DNA of 39,786 nt. Origin: Armatimonadota bacterium (GTDB lineage: Bacteria > Armatimonadota > Armatimonadia > Armatimonadales > Armatimonadaceae). Below the pieces are notes generated by a model. That model saw nothing but the letters and a program-made list of their open reading frames with translations, was not told the origin of the DNA and made no database searches. A program made the translations under genes and the position numbers. Numbering within the stretch: position 1 is the stretch's first letter; the number at the start of each line of letters is the position of its first letter. Shown here piece by piece: positions 26,174 through 34,910 of the stretch. The stretch lies in contig JAYUUO010000121.1 of NCBI GenBank assembly GCA_043754515.1, positions 1 to 39,786 on the forward strand, given 5' to 3'.

Positions 26174-28093
26174 ATGTCCACGCGCCGCAAAGTTTTCTAC
26201 GCCTTCACCGTCTCGCTAATCGTCGTGCTTCTGGCGTTGCCCGCAACTCGCTGGCTGGTCCGAATGCAACTCCTCCCGTTCACGCTCCCCGGTGCCATGC
26301 GCACCGCCTTCGCGAACACTACACCCTCAGACGCAGCGACAGCGGCAGAAGCCAGGTACCAGAGATTAATCGCCCGGAGTGGCAATGACTTCGACCTCCG
26401 TTTCGCCCACGCGATGAACGCTTTCTTCGCGGACAAGAACGCGGGCGAGACGTTGAAACACCTTGAGGCATTGCACACCGATTACCCGAAAAGCCCAGTA
26501 GTGCTGGCGGCGATCCTGAAGAGCATGATGCAGGACACGATTCACACTCACCGCGCCGAGGAGAACCTACTTTCAAGCCCGAGTAGGCGGACCAAAACAC
26601 CCGGTACCGCGCCGAAAACCAGCGGCCCCGCTCAGGTCGCGAAGTTTGTCGCGACGGCTCTGGAGGGCGAGAGTGCTGATCCGGATAACGCTTACTTCCC
26701 GCTGATGGCGGCGGTGGGGTACTTCGCCGGTCATCAGGACGAGGAAGCGACCGCCGCGTGGGTCCGCGCGGGCGCGAAGGCCGGGTGGAACGACTACGGT
26801 GTCCCCGAAATAACCGCCAAATGGAAGTTGCAACGCGCTCTGAACGGCGGCGACGAAACCGGTACTGTGGCGCGTATGAATTCCATGGCAGCCATTGTGT
26901 TCCCCCAGTATACCCAGATGCGCTCCGCGGCGCGCATGGCGGCCGTTACGGCCATGACGGCGGAACTCCGTGGCGACAAAGAAACCGGCTTTGTGATCCG
27001 TCGGGCGAGCCGACAGATCGGTCAGAATGTCCAGAACCACGGAACCAACTTCATTTTCAACCTCGTCGGGCGGGCAATGTTGAGTATGGCGATGAGCCGT
27101 GCCGGGGGCGCGGAGAACGCCGACAACCCGTACAGGGGCATAGACAAGAGCGACCGTTGGGCTGGAGACAAACAGGTTGCGTACGGGACGTATCTAGGTT
27201 CCATCGGCCATCCCGAGGAGGCCGTTGCCGTCGCCAATGCCATCAAGGAGGGAGACACTCTGAAGGCTCTCCGGAGTGACGTCAGTCCGCGTCTGTACTG
27301 GGGTATCAGTCCAAGAACGATGCAGTTGTTCGGGGCGTGGTTCGCCGACTTTCTGCTCCTCGCCGGGGTGCTTTTCTCGCTGGTATTCGCGGGCATCTTC
27401 AAACTGGTCTACCGGTTCTCGCCGCGCCTCCAGAAGGGCGAGGCGTTGCAAAAGTCGGCGATATGGGGCGTGTGTGCCGGGGTTTTTCTTCCGATCGTGG
27501 CGAGCATGGCAGTGATCGCCGACGTTGGTTTGTTGCTGGGACCCGACCTGACGACGAAGATCGCGTTCGCTTCCGCCGCGATCGGGCTTATCGCGCCTCC
27601 CCTTTTCCTGAAGTTGACGCTCCGTGAAGTCGGGCATGGCTTACTCGTCATGCTGGCTACCATCGCGTCGCTGGCGGCACTGATCGGGATGGGCACGGTA
27701 TGCAACCTGTTCGGTCAGGGCATGACTTCCGCATTGGGTATATCTGGCCATCAAACGCAGGAGGATGTGCCTCGGGAGGCGGTCGAAAAAATTATCGCGC
27801 CGTGGGTTTTCGGGTTGATGATAGCGTCGGTCCCGCTGGGCCTTCTCGCGCTGTTTGGCGTGTTCAGCCGAATACTGCGCGTACCATTCGCGGCGGGCGT
27901 GACGCGCGGCATGAGGGCGATGGCGGTGCCGCTGTCCTGCGTGCTCGTTATCTTGTGGAGCGGCGCGTTCCTGTTCACGCTTCATCATGAGCGGGCGGCG
28001 ATCCGTGAGATGGAGCGTATAACATCCATCGGGGAGATGCAGTACATGCGCGAAGTCCAGGCCGGGACGCCTTCGGGGTCGGCGGGGCACTGA
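26174..28093 (+). CDS. Hypothetical membrane protein with a large helical extracytoplasmic domain
   Basis: N-terminal anchor, TPR-like segment (DPDNAYFPLMAA) and about 6 C-terminal TM helices. Confidence 0.75.
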   Translation: MSTRRKVFYAFTVSLIVVLLALPATRWLVRMQLLPFTLPGAMRTAFANTTPSDAATAAEARYQRLIARSGNDFDLRFAHAMNAFFADKNAGETLKHLEALHTDYPKSPVVLAAILKSMMQDTIHTHRAEENLLSSPSRRTKTPGTAPKTSGPAQVAKFVATALEGESADPDNAYFPLMAAVGYFAGHQDEEATAAWVRAGAKAGWNDYGVPEITAKWKLQRALNGGDETGTVARMNSMAAIVFPQYTQMRSAARMAAVTAMTAELRGDKETGFVIRRASRQIGQNVQNHGTNFIFNLVGRAMLSMAMSRAGGAENADNPYRGIDKSDRWAGDKQVAYGTYLGSIGHPEEAVAVANAIKEGDTLKALRSDVSPRLYWGISPRTMQLFGAWFADFLLLAGVLFSLVFAGIFKLVYRFSPRLQKGEALQKSAIWGVCAGVFLPIVASMAVIADVGLLLGPDLTTKIAFASAAIGLIAPPLFLKLTLREVGHGLLVMLATIASLAALIGMGTVCNLFGQGMTSALGISGHQTQEDVPREAVEKIIAPWVFGLMIASVPLGLLALFGVFSRILRVPFAAGVTRGMRAMAVPLSCVLVILWSGAFLFTLHHERAAIREMERITSIGEMQYMREVQAGTPSGSAGH

Positions 28094-28097
28094 CGGT

Positions 28098-28793
28098 GTG
28101 CGTCTATCCGTAATCATCCCGGCATTAAACGAGGCGGCGGCGATAGGAGAGACTCTTGCCGCCGCAACCCTCGCCTGCCCTGCGGCAGAAATTGTCGTGA
28201 CGGACGGCGGTTCGACGGACGCGACACGCGAGATTGCCCGCGCGGCGGGTGCCACGGTGATCGAGACGGAGCGAGGCCGGGGGCACCAGCAGAACGTGGG
28301 GGCAAGCGCGGCGACCGGAGACGTGCTGGTTTTCCTGCACGCCGACACGCTACTCCCGCCCGGAGCCGGTGCCGCCATTGATGTGGCGTTGTCGAACGGC
28401 GCAACCATCGGCGGGAACTTCCGCCTGTGCTTCGCCCCACGTTCCCTTTTCAACGACCTGTTCGCGCGGGTTTACAACGCCCGGTCACGCGCGGCCCGGC
28501 ACTACTACGGCGACTCCGTAATATTCCTGCGCCGGGGCACTTGGGACGCCCTCGGGGGCTTTCGAGAGCGGATGCTGATGGAGGACTGGGAACTGGTCTG
28601 TCGGCTCGAAAGCCACGCGCGGAGCACGGGAACGCGTACCGTGCTCCTCCCGCTGACGGTGACTACTTCGGCGCGACGGTTCACCGGCAGGCGACGTTTT
28701 CGGTACCTATTTCTGTGGGTCTACCTCCACTACTTGCACGCGCGGGGCGTCTCCGGGGACACACTCGCCCGTCTCTACCCCGACACCCGCTAG
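28098..28793 (+). CDS. Glycosyltransferase family 2 (TIGR04283-like)
   Basis: SVIIPALNEA, DGGSTD, FLHADT, YGD, MED and TTSARRF. Confidence 0.88.
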   Translation: MRLSVIIPALNEAAAIGETLAAATLACPAAEIVVTDGGSTDATREIARAAGATVIETERGRGHQQNVGASAATGDVLVFLHADTLLPPGAGAAIDVALSNGATIGGNFRLCFAPRSLFNDLFARVYNARSRAARHYYGDSVIFLRRGTWDALGGFRERMLMEDWELVCRLESHARSTGTRTVLLPLTVTTSARRFTGRRRFRYLFLWVYLHYLHARGVSGDTLARLYPDTR

Positions 28794-29578
28794 CGCGGCT
28801 TCGGGTTCGACCGGAAGAAGAATTCGTTGCCGAGCAGGAACTGCTCCGCGAAGCCGGGCGGTAGCGACGCGAGTTGGGACGGATACTGTTGAATAGCCGC
28901 CGCTTTATCGCCCAGCACTCCCGCGACGATAATTCTTTGCCCGTTCGCGAGATCCCGTAGACCTAGATTGTCGAACAGGCGGTTGCGGCTCCAGAAAAGC
29001 CAGACCGGGTACTCGTATAACTCCGGCGTCTGCTTGCCGGTGTTTTCCGTCGCGGATAAAATATCGCCGACGATTCGGTAGGTGGCTTCGTGATCCGGGT
29101 GACTGTCGCGGCGGTGCGGCACGTAGACCTCCCGCGCCGGAGAATCCTCCAGATGGAGGGTGAGAAGCGTGTTTAACCGCGCTTGTTGTTCGGCGTCTAA
29201 TGAGGACAGCGCACCGTCGGGGAAGCGCAAAAACAGGATGTTGTCGTGGGACACGCCTAGCACGCCGAGCGCGGCGGTAGCCTCCGCTTCCCGGAGCACG
29301 ACCAGTTTCCGGCGTGCCATATCCGGGATGTTGTCCCCGTAGCACGCGCCACCGTCCGTGACGAAAACAACTGTGACCGGGACACCGATACGTCGCTTGA
29401 GGGCGATCAGCCCGCCGCAACCGAACGTCTCGTCGTCCTGGTGCGGCGCGATAATAAGCGCGGGCTTTTCGCTAACACCAACCGGCTTGCAGAGCACGGG
29501 CGCGACGTAGCGGTGGATTAGGGCGCGACGAAACGCCCGGCGATCCCGTCTAAGGGTTTGTAGAAGTGATTGTTTCAT
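28790..29578 (-). CDS. PIG-L/LmbE family deacetylase
   Basis: APHQDDETFGCGG, VTDG, REAEA, HPDH and YPSQ. Start at ATG 29578 avoids overlap with the GT4 gene. Confidence 0.9.
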   Translation of the reverse strand: MKQSLLQTLRRDRRAFRRALIHRYVAPVLCKPVGVSEKPALIIAPHQDDETFGCGGLIALKRRIGVPVTVVFVTDGGACYGDNIPDMARRKLVVLREAEATAALGVLGVSHDNILFLRFPDGALSSLDAEQQARLNTLLTLHLEDSPAREVYVPHRRDSHPDHEATYRIVGDILSATENTGKQTPELYEYPVWLFWSRNRLFDNLGLRDLANGQRIIVAGVLGDKAAAIQQYPSQLASLPPGFAEQFLLGNEFFFRSNPKPR

Positions 29579-29615
29579 CCCGGTCGAGTGTTTTTGTAGA
29601 AGCGTGAACTCCCCC

Positions 29616-30854
29616 ATGACAGAAAACGCATTGGAGAGCGGGGCGCGGGCCTCGCCTGTTTTATCACGTCCGGCGGCGTCCGCCCCCACACGAGTCGGGA
29701 TGTCCTCCGCGAACTCCGTGCTCGTGCTGTGTGCCGGTTCGGGCGTCGGCGGGATGGAGCGCGTCGTGCGCAACCTGACCGTCGAGCTGAATAGCCGCCG
29801 CATCCACGCCGACGTCATCCTGCCGGAGTGCGAAGGGTCGGAGAACACCGCCACCTGGTTCGCGGAGGCGGGCATCACTGCTAGTCGCTCCCCCGCTCTG
29901 ACGCACGGCTTCGGCAAGCGCCGACTGTCGGGCATCCCGCGCCTCGCCATGCTGATCCGCTCCTTCCCCGCGGGCGTCGTGAACATCCATTATGGCATGA
30001 ACTTCGCGTCGCTTAATGACGTTCTCGCCGCACGCCTCGCGGGGAAGCGGTGCGTGGTGTCCCTGCATGCGGGCGGCGGCTCCGACCCGTTGCCGAAACG
30101 GACCCGACGACTCAAGAACGAGTTCGCGGCGCGGTTCTGCTCGGCCGTAGTCGCGGTTAGTTCGTTCCAGGGGCGCGAGATAGGTAAGCACGGTACCGAG
30201 GTGGGAAAGATCATCGTCATCCCGAGCGGCATCCCAGCACCCATCCGCGACCTGCCGAACCGCGACCAGTTGCGTGAACAGTTCAGCGTCCCCGCCACGG
30301 CGTTCGCGGTCGTCACCGCCGCGCGCCTTGGCAAACCGAAAGGGATTGCCGAACTGATCACGGCGGTAGCGGGGATGCCGACGGACGCGCGACTGCAAAG
30401 GAACCACGGAGTGCCGTATCTGCTGATCGCGGGCGAAGGCCCCGAGCGCGGCGCGCTGGAGGATCTCGCGAGCCGACTGCTCCCTGGTCGGCACCGCTTC
30501 CTCGGATTCGTCTCCGGGATGAGCGAGTTGTACTCGGCGGCGGATCTGTTCGTTTTGCCGTCGCACGAGGAGAGTTTCGGGCTGGTTTATGCGGAGGCGC
30601 AGTTGCACGGGCTACCCGTAATCGGGACCACGGTCGGCGGTGTGCCGGACACCGTCGGGGACGACCTCACGGCTTCGCTGGTACCCCCGCGCGACCCCGA
30701 CGCGCTACGCGAGGCTATCGTGAGTCTCTGGGAGGATCGGGAGCGGCGCGAGACGATGGCACTACTCGGCAAGATACGCGCCGAGCGGAACTTCTCCATG
30801 AAGGCGATGGCGGACGGATACCTGCGCGTGCTGTTCCCCGCCGGATCGCGCTAA
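29616..30854 (+). CDS. Glycosyltransferase family 4
   Basis: GGMER, ARLGKPKG and DLFVLPSHEESFGLVYAEAQLHGLPVI. Start could be 29616 or 29700. Confidence 0.92.
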   Translation: MTENALESGARASPVLSRPAASAPTRVGMSSANSVLVLCAGSGVGGMERVVRNLTVELNSRRIHADVILPECEGSENTATWFAEAGITASRSPALTHGFGKRRLSGIPRLAMLIRSFPAGVVNIHYGMNFASLNDVLAARLAGKRCVVSLHAGGGSDPLPKRTRRLKNEFAARFCSAVVAVSSFQGREIGKHGTEVGKIIVIPSGIPAPIRDLPNRDQLREQFSVPATAFAVVTAARLGKPKGIAELITAVAGMPTDARLQRNHGVPYLLIAGEGPERGALEDLASRLLPGRHRFLGFVSGMSELYSAADLFVLPSHEESFGLVYAEAQLHGLPVIGTTVGGVPDTVGDDLTASLVPPRDPDALREAIVSLWEDRERRETMALLGKIRAERNFSMKAMADGYLRVLFPAGSR

Positions 30855-31969
30855 TCGGTTAGCGACGCCGCGAGCGCGTTCAGGAACCGGCGGCGTAGCG
30901 CAAGCCACCCCAGCTTGCCCTCACCGTATTCGGTCGGGTACACGCTGTTCGTCAGCACCGCGACCACGAGATCGTTCGCCGGGTCAATCGTAAGCACGGT
31001 GCCCGTGTAGCCGGAGTGCCCGATGGCTTGCGGCGAGAGCAGATCGCCGACCGGATTAAACCCGTTGCCGTCCGTGTAGAACAGGAGCGACTGCCCGCCG
31101 ACACCGGGGATCTGATTCTCCCGAATACGGGCGAGCGACGGGGCGCCGAAAATCCGCGCCGCGCCCGGATACAGAACCGCGTTGCCGAAGCGGGCGACGT
31201 CCCGCGCCGTGCCGAAAAGCCCCGCGTTGCCGGAAACGCCCCCTATCCCCCGCGCGTTGCCGTCGTGAACCGTCCCGCATAGCGTGACGGGCTGTTCCGA
31301 TTCGGGACCTTCCTCGGACTGTGTCGGCGCGATGCGCTTCCGGAGGAGCGCGTCAGGCTCGTACATCGTGTCAATCATGCCGAGCGGCGCGAAGACGTTC
31401 TCGCGGGCGAACGCCGCCAGCGTCTTCCCCGAGATGTCCTCAACGATCCGCCCGAGCAGGATATAGTTCAGGCACGAGTACTCATAGCTCGCGCCGGGTG
31501 CCGGGCGGTTTTCGGCGGGCGTAGACAGGATCGTGTCTACCGCGCACTCCAGCCCCGGCCCCGACTTGTAGAGCGGGAGCCAAGCGGGAAGCCCGGAGGT
31601 GTGAGTCACTAACTGGCGGACGGTGACCGCCTTCCAGTGGTTGACCCGGTCGCCCCCGAACAGCCACTCCAGCGTATCGGCGTAAGACAGCAGGCCGCGC
31701 TCCACTAGAATCAGGATGCTGGACGCGGTCGCGAGTGGCTTGGTCAGGGAGGCGAGGTCATAGAGGGAGTCCGGGCGGGCGACGGAGCTACCGCCGTGCG
31801 TCCCGAACGCTAGGTCAACGAAACACTGGTTCCGGCGGTACCCGCAAATGGTCGCTCCTGGGTACGCCGAGCCGACGCCGCCCCGGAGCATTTCCAGCGC
31901 GCGGCCGAGGCGGTCGCGGTCTATGCCGACCGATTCCGGCGTGACGGGCACGATCTCACGGCTGAACAT
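30851..31969 (-). CDS. Serine hydrolase, beta-lactamase class C-like (AmiE/YbbE-like)
   Basis: SxxK (ASLTK), LVTHTSGL, YSCLNY, GTVHDGNA, GNAGLF and GHSGYTGT. Confidence 0.9.
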   Translation of the reverse strand: MFSREIVPVTPESVGIDRDRLGRALEMLRGGVGSAYPGATICGYRRNQCFVDLAFGTHGGSSVARPDSLYDLASLTKPLATASSILILVERGLLSYADTLEWLFGGDRVNHWKAVTVRQLVTHTSGLPAWLPLYKSGPGLECAVDTILSTPAENRPAPGASYEYSCLNYILLGRIVEDISGKTLAAFARENVFAPLGMIDTMYEPDALLRKRIAPTQSEEGPESEQPVTLCGTVHDGNARGIGGVSGNAGLFGTARDVARFGNAVLYPGAARIFGAPSLARIRENQIPGVGGQSLLFYTDGNGFNPVGDLLSPQAIGHSGYTGTVLTIDPANDLVVAVLTNSVYPTEYGEGKLGWLALRRRFLNALAASLTD

Positions 31970-33314
31970 CGGCGGGCGTTCCTTCCGTTTTCGGCAGGAT
32001 GGGCATCGGCTTGACCCGGCGCCAGTTGCGCGGGACGGAGCGCGACGCGAACAGCCCGCGCCCGACCGATTGCAGATACCGCTCCGAGCGGCCGTCGTGG
32101 GTCATCCCGTCGTACGAGAAAAAGTTAATCCCGGCGGCTCCCAGGCCCCGGTACGCCTGCCCCTTCGCGACGGCGGACTGCGACGGCACCTGCCATGCGC
32201 CGACGCCCGCGATGATCGGCTTGCCGGGACAGGCGGCGATTGCTTCGCGGATCTGACGCGCGGCGACCTGCGTGGAGCGGTTGTAGCTCATCGGGCAGGC
32301 GGCATCTAGCAAGCCAGTGTTCAGCCAGTCGCGCCACGCTTGCCCCTTGTCGTTGTAGGCCACGCCGTAGCCGGGGAAGACGGCGGCAGAAAGGATCGTA
32401 TCCGGCTTGGCGGCGTGAACCGCTTCGGAAACCCCGCGCACGGTCGCCGTGACGTTCTCGCGCCGCCACTGGTCCCACTCGCGTGGGTGCAGGTAGCACC
32501 ACGCCAGGCGACTACCGGTACGCACCTTCGCGTCGGCGGCGTATATCTCCCCCGCGGTCAGTCGGGGCGCGAGCCAGTCCCGGAACAGCCGCAGATCCTC
32601 GTTGCCGTACGAGAAACGGCTCGCCGGGTAGCGGACGTAGTCCATATGTAGCCCGTCAACGCCGTAGCGGTTCGCGACATCGGCGAACACGGCGCGGATG
32701 TATTCGCGCACGGCGGGTAGCGCGGGGTCCAGAAACGCCCCCTCGCAGTCGCGGCTTTCGGTACGTTGGACACGCCCCTGCTTGTCGCGGACGAGCCAAT
32801 CGGGGTGCGCGTTTATGACGTGGCGCGGCGAGTACGGGGCGCGGGACTTGTGCCACACTAAAAACGTGTTCATCCAGGCGTGGACTTCCAGCCCGGCGGC
32901 GTGCCCCTCCTCGACCGCTACGGCGAGTGGATCGAAGTCGTCGGGCGTGCCACGGAGTTCCTCGGAGCGCGGCTCGTAGACGGAGTTGTAGAACGCGTCG
33001 CCGCGCCCGCGCACCTGCACGAATAGCGTGTTGAAATTATATTTCTTCGCCAGCGCGACGGCATTGCGGATCTTGGCGCGCGAGGTCATCGAGTCACGCA
33101 CGACCCACATGGCGCGTATCTCGCCGTCGGGGGTGAACGCGGTCGGGGGGGCGGTGGCGAGAACTTTCTCCGGTGAAACGGGGAACGGGTCGGTCAAAGG
33201 CGGGGCGGGTGCCGGCGGGGGCGGGGAGACCGGGGCGTCGGGAGACTGACCGAGCGCGGGGCGCGTGAGCAAAGCACAGGCAAGGAGAGGGATGAGTGGG
33301 GCGATACGAGTCAT
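31956..33314 (-). CDS. Secreted glycosyl hydrolase-like family 10 protein (GHL10, YddW/DigH-like)
   Basis: Signal peptide; EIRAMWV, QVRGRGDAFY, DPLA, HAWMN, DGLHMDYVRYP, WRRENV and PMSY. Confidence 0.9.
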   Translation of the reverse strand: MTRIAPLIPLLACALLTRPALGQSPDAPVSPPPPAPAPPLTDPFPVSPEKVLATAPPTAFTPDGEIRAMWVVRDSMTSRAKIRNAVALAKKYNFNTLFVQVRGRGDAFYNSVYEPRSEELRGTPDDFDPLAVAVEEGHAAGLEVHAWMNTFLVWHKSRAPYSPRHVINAHPDWLVRDKQGRVQRTESRDCEGAFLDPALPAVREYIRAVFADVANRYGVDGLHMDYVRYPASRFSYGNEDLRLFRDWLAPRLTAGEIYAADAKVRTGSRLAWCYLHPREWDQWRRENVTATVRGVSEAVHAAKPDTILSAAVFPGYGVAYNDKGQAWRDWLNTGLLDAACPMSYNRSTQVAARQIREAIAACPGKPIIAGVGAWQVPSQSAVAKGQAYRGLGAAGINFFSYDGMTHDGRSERYLQSVGRGLFASRSVPRNWRRVKPMPILPKTEGTPADVQP

Positions 33315-33362
33315 TGGCGGGAAGCCTTTCCGCGGCGAGCGGCAAACCGGGTGATAGTCGTC

Positions 33363-33391
33363 ATTCTAGCCGCGAACCGGTACCCCGTCAA
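33363..33391 (-). promoter_or_regulatory. Sigma70-type promoter for the GHL10-serine hydrolase operon
   Basis: TTGACG-N17-TAGAAT on the minus strand, about 50 nt before the ATG. Confidence 0.75.
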
Positions 33392-33491
33392 GGGAAGAGT
33401 CGGGGCGTGGTCACCCATTCAAGGGCGCGACTTGGGGCGCGGCGCGGTCGGCCAGCATCCGCCGGAGTGTCCGGCGGACGGGCGCGGCGGT

Positions 33492-33908
33492 TTAGTGTGG
33501 CGTTTCTTTCACGGCGTTGCGGTTCCAGCCCGGAATCTCGATCACGACCGGTTTGGTGCCGTTCGGGACACACTGGCACCCCAGGCGCGACTTGATGGTA
33601 CTGTTCGGTGCCTCTTCCAGTTCGTCGAGTTCCGCGTCGGTCGCCTCGTTACAACTGTCCATTCCCTCACGGACGATGACGTGGCAGGTGGAGCAGGCGA
33701 GTACGCCGCCGCAGGTATGTTCCAGAGGGATGTCGTGCCCCTCGCATATATCGAGTATCGAGCCGACCAGGCCGGAGCGTTCGTACGGGAGATCTTTGGG
33801 ATCAACAGTCAGCACATGCGGCTCGCCGTCGTGGTATATCGTAATCTGATACGCTTGTTTGGGCTTCTCATACGGGGTCGGGGAAAGGTAAGGGTTTGTT
33901 CCTGCCAT
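33492..33908 (-). CDS. fdx: 2Fe-2S ferredoxin, ISC/adrenodoxin type
   Basis: LEHTCGGVLACSTCHV and SRLGCQ; start at ATG 33908. Confidence 0.9.
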   Translation of the reverse strand: MAGTNPYLSPTPYEKPKQAYQITIYHDGEPHVLTVDPKDLPYERSGLVGSILDICEGHDIPLEHTCGGVLACSTCHVIVREGMDSCNEATDAELDELEEAPNSTIKSRLGCQCVPNGTKPVVIEIPGWNRNAVKETPH

Positions 33909-33917
33909 GATACGGCT

Positions 33918-33979
33918 ACTGTACCCGGCGAACCGGGGGGTGCGCAACCGTTGCGCGGGGAACCAGCGCGTGGTATGCT
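33918..33979. promoter_or_regulatory. Back-to-back promoters for fdx (-) and rpmH (+)
   Basis: Plus strand TTGCGC-N17-TATGCT with extended TG; minus strand TTGCGC-N18-TACAGT. Confidence 0.55.
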
Positions 33980-34012
33980 GTGCCGGACATTTTTAGGAGT
34001 ATTGACTGATTT

Positions 34013-34162
34013 ATGAAACGAACTTGGCAACCCAAAAACCGCCGCCGCCTGCGCGTGCATGGCTTCCGTAAGCGGATGCAAACCCTGGACGGACAGAACG
34101 TCCTCCGCCGCCGCCGCAACCGCGGTCGGCACGTACTGACGGTGTTCGCCTACAAGCATTAG
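34013..34162 (+). CDS. rpmH: 50S ribosomal protein L34 (missing from the ORF track)
   Basis: Translates to [56 protein letters not shown]. Confidence 0.98.
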   Translation: MKRTWQPKNRRRLRVHGFRKRMQTLDGQNVLRRRRNRGRHVLTVFAYKH

Positions 34163-34588
34163 GTGCTCCCGAAACCGAACCGGCTGGCACGGCGGCGCGA
34201 CTTCGCCGCCGTCTACGGGCGCAAGAAGTCTTGGGCGAACAGGCTACTCGTGCTCTACATCCGGTGGCATCCAAAAGATAGTCCCGACGCGGAAACGCGG
34301 CGGTTCGGTTTCTCCGTATCAAAAAAAGTAGGCAAAGCGCATGACCGGAACGGCGTCAAGCGGTGGCTACGAGAGATCTGTCGGCTCGTGGGAACGGGCG
34401 GCGGGGAAACGTGGCGGCAGGGCTTCGACGCCGTTTTCGTCGCGCGAGGCGAGTCGGTCGGGGCGACCCAGGCGCAATTGGATGTGGCCGCCCGTGAACT
34501 GGCACGGCGGGCGGGAGTGTTCCGCGCAATCGGCGCGATGCCCCCGGTGTCGGATGTGTCGGGGAAAGATCGGAAGGCGGATGTATGA
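34163..34588 (+). CDS. rnpA: Ribonuclease P protein component
   Basis: [33 protein letters not shown]; follows rpmH. Confidence 0.96.
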   Translation: MLPKPNRLARRRDFAAVYGRKKSWANRLLVLYIRWHPKDSPDAETRRFGFSVSKKVGKAHDRNGVKRWLREICRLVGTGGGETWRQGFDAVFVARGESVGATQAQLDVAARELARRAGVFRAIGAMPPVSDVSGKDRKADV

Positions 34589-34872
34589 ACCGAGTCGGTG
34601 AAGCGGTCGTCGGGTTCCTGGTCTGGTGCATCCGCGCCTACCAGCGCACCGCCCCGTACCGCCCGCCGATGTGCCGATTTACGCCTACCTGCTCCGAGTA
34701 CGCCGCGCAAGCAATCCTGCGGCACGGGGCGGCGCGGGGGACATGGCTCGGGGTTTGCCGCGTCGCCCGCTGTCACCCGTTTCATCCTGGCGGTCATGAT
34801 CCCGTTCCCAGTGGGAAGGTTAGTTTGCGCCCCGCCGAAGACACGCGCCGCCCGGAGCACTCGCCCGGATAA
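34585..34872 (+). CDS. yidD: Membrane protein insertion efficiency factor
   Basis: [10 protein letters not shown]...[14 protein letters not shown]; canonical position. Confidence 0.96.
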   Translation: MNRVGEAVVGFLVWCIRAYQRTAPYRPPMCRFTPTCSEYAAQAILRHGAARGTWLGVCRVARCHPFHPGGHDPVPSGKVSLRPAEDTRRPEHSPG

Positions 34873-34910
34873 ACGCCACGCCCGGTGCCTGTTAGAAAGT
34901 TTTACTGGAG

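Noticed and set aside
28790..29986. Apparent 380-bp overlap of the PIG-L and GT4 genes
   Set aside because: Artefact of the longest-ORF start; using ATG 29578 removes the overlap.
30851..31969. Antibiotic-resistance beta-lactamase
   Set aside because: No signal peptide, and the motifs and context fit a housekeeping serine hydrolase or amidase better.
33458..33478. Hairpin TCCGCCGGA-GTG-TCCGGCGGA after fdx as a REP element or terminator
   Set aside because: Single copy and no U tract, so its function cannot be supported.
33909..34012. oriC upstream of rpmH
   Set aside because: Short gap, no DnaA boxes, no AT-rich unwinding element and no dnaA gene.
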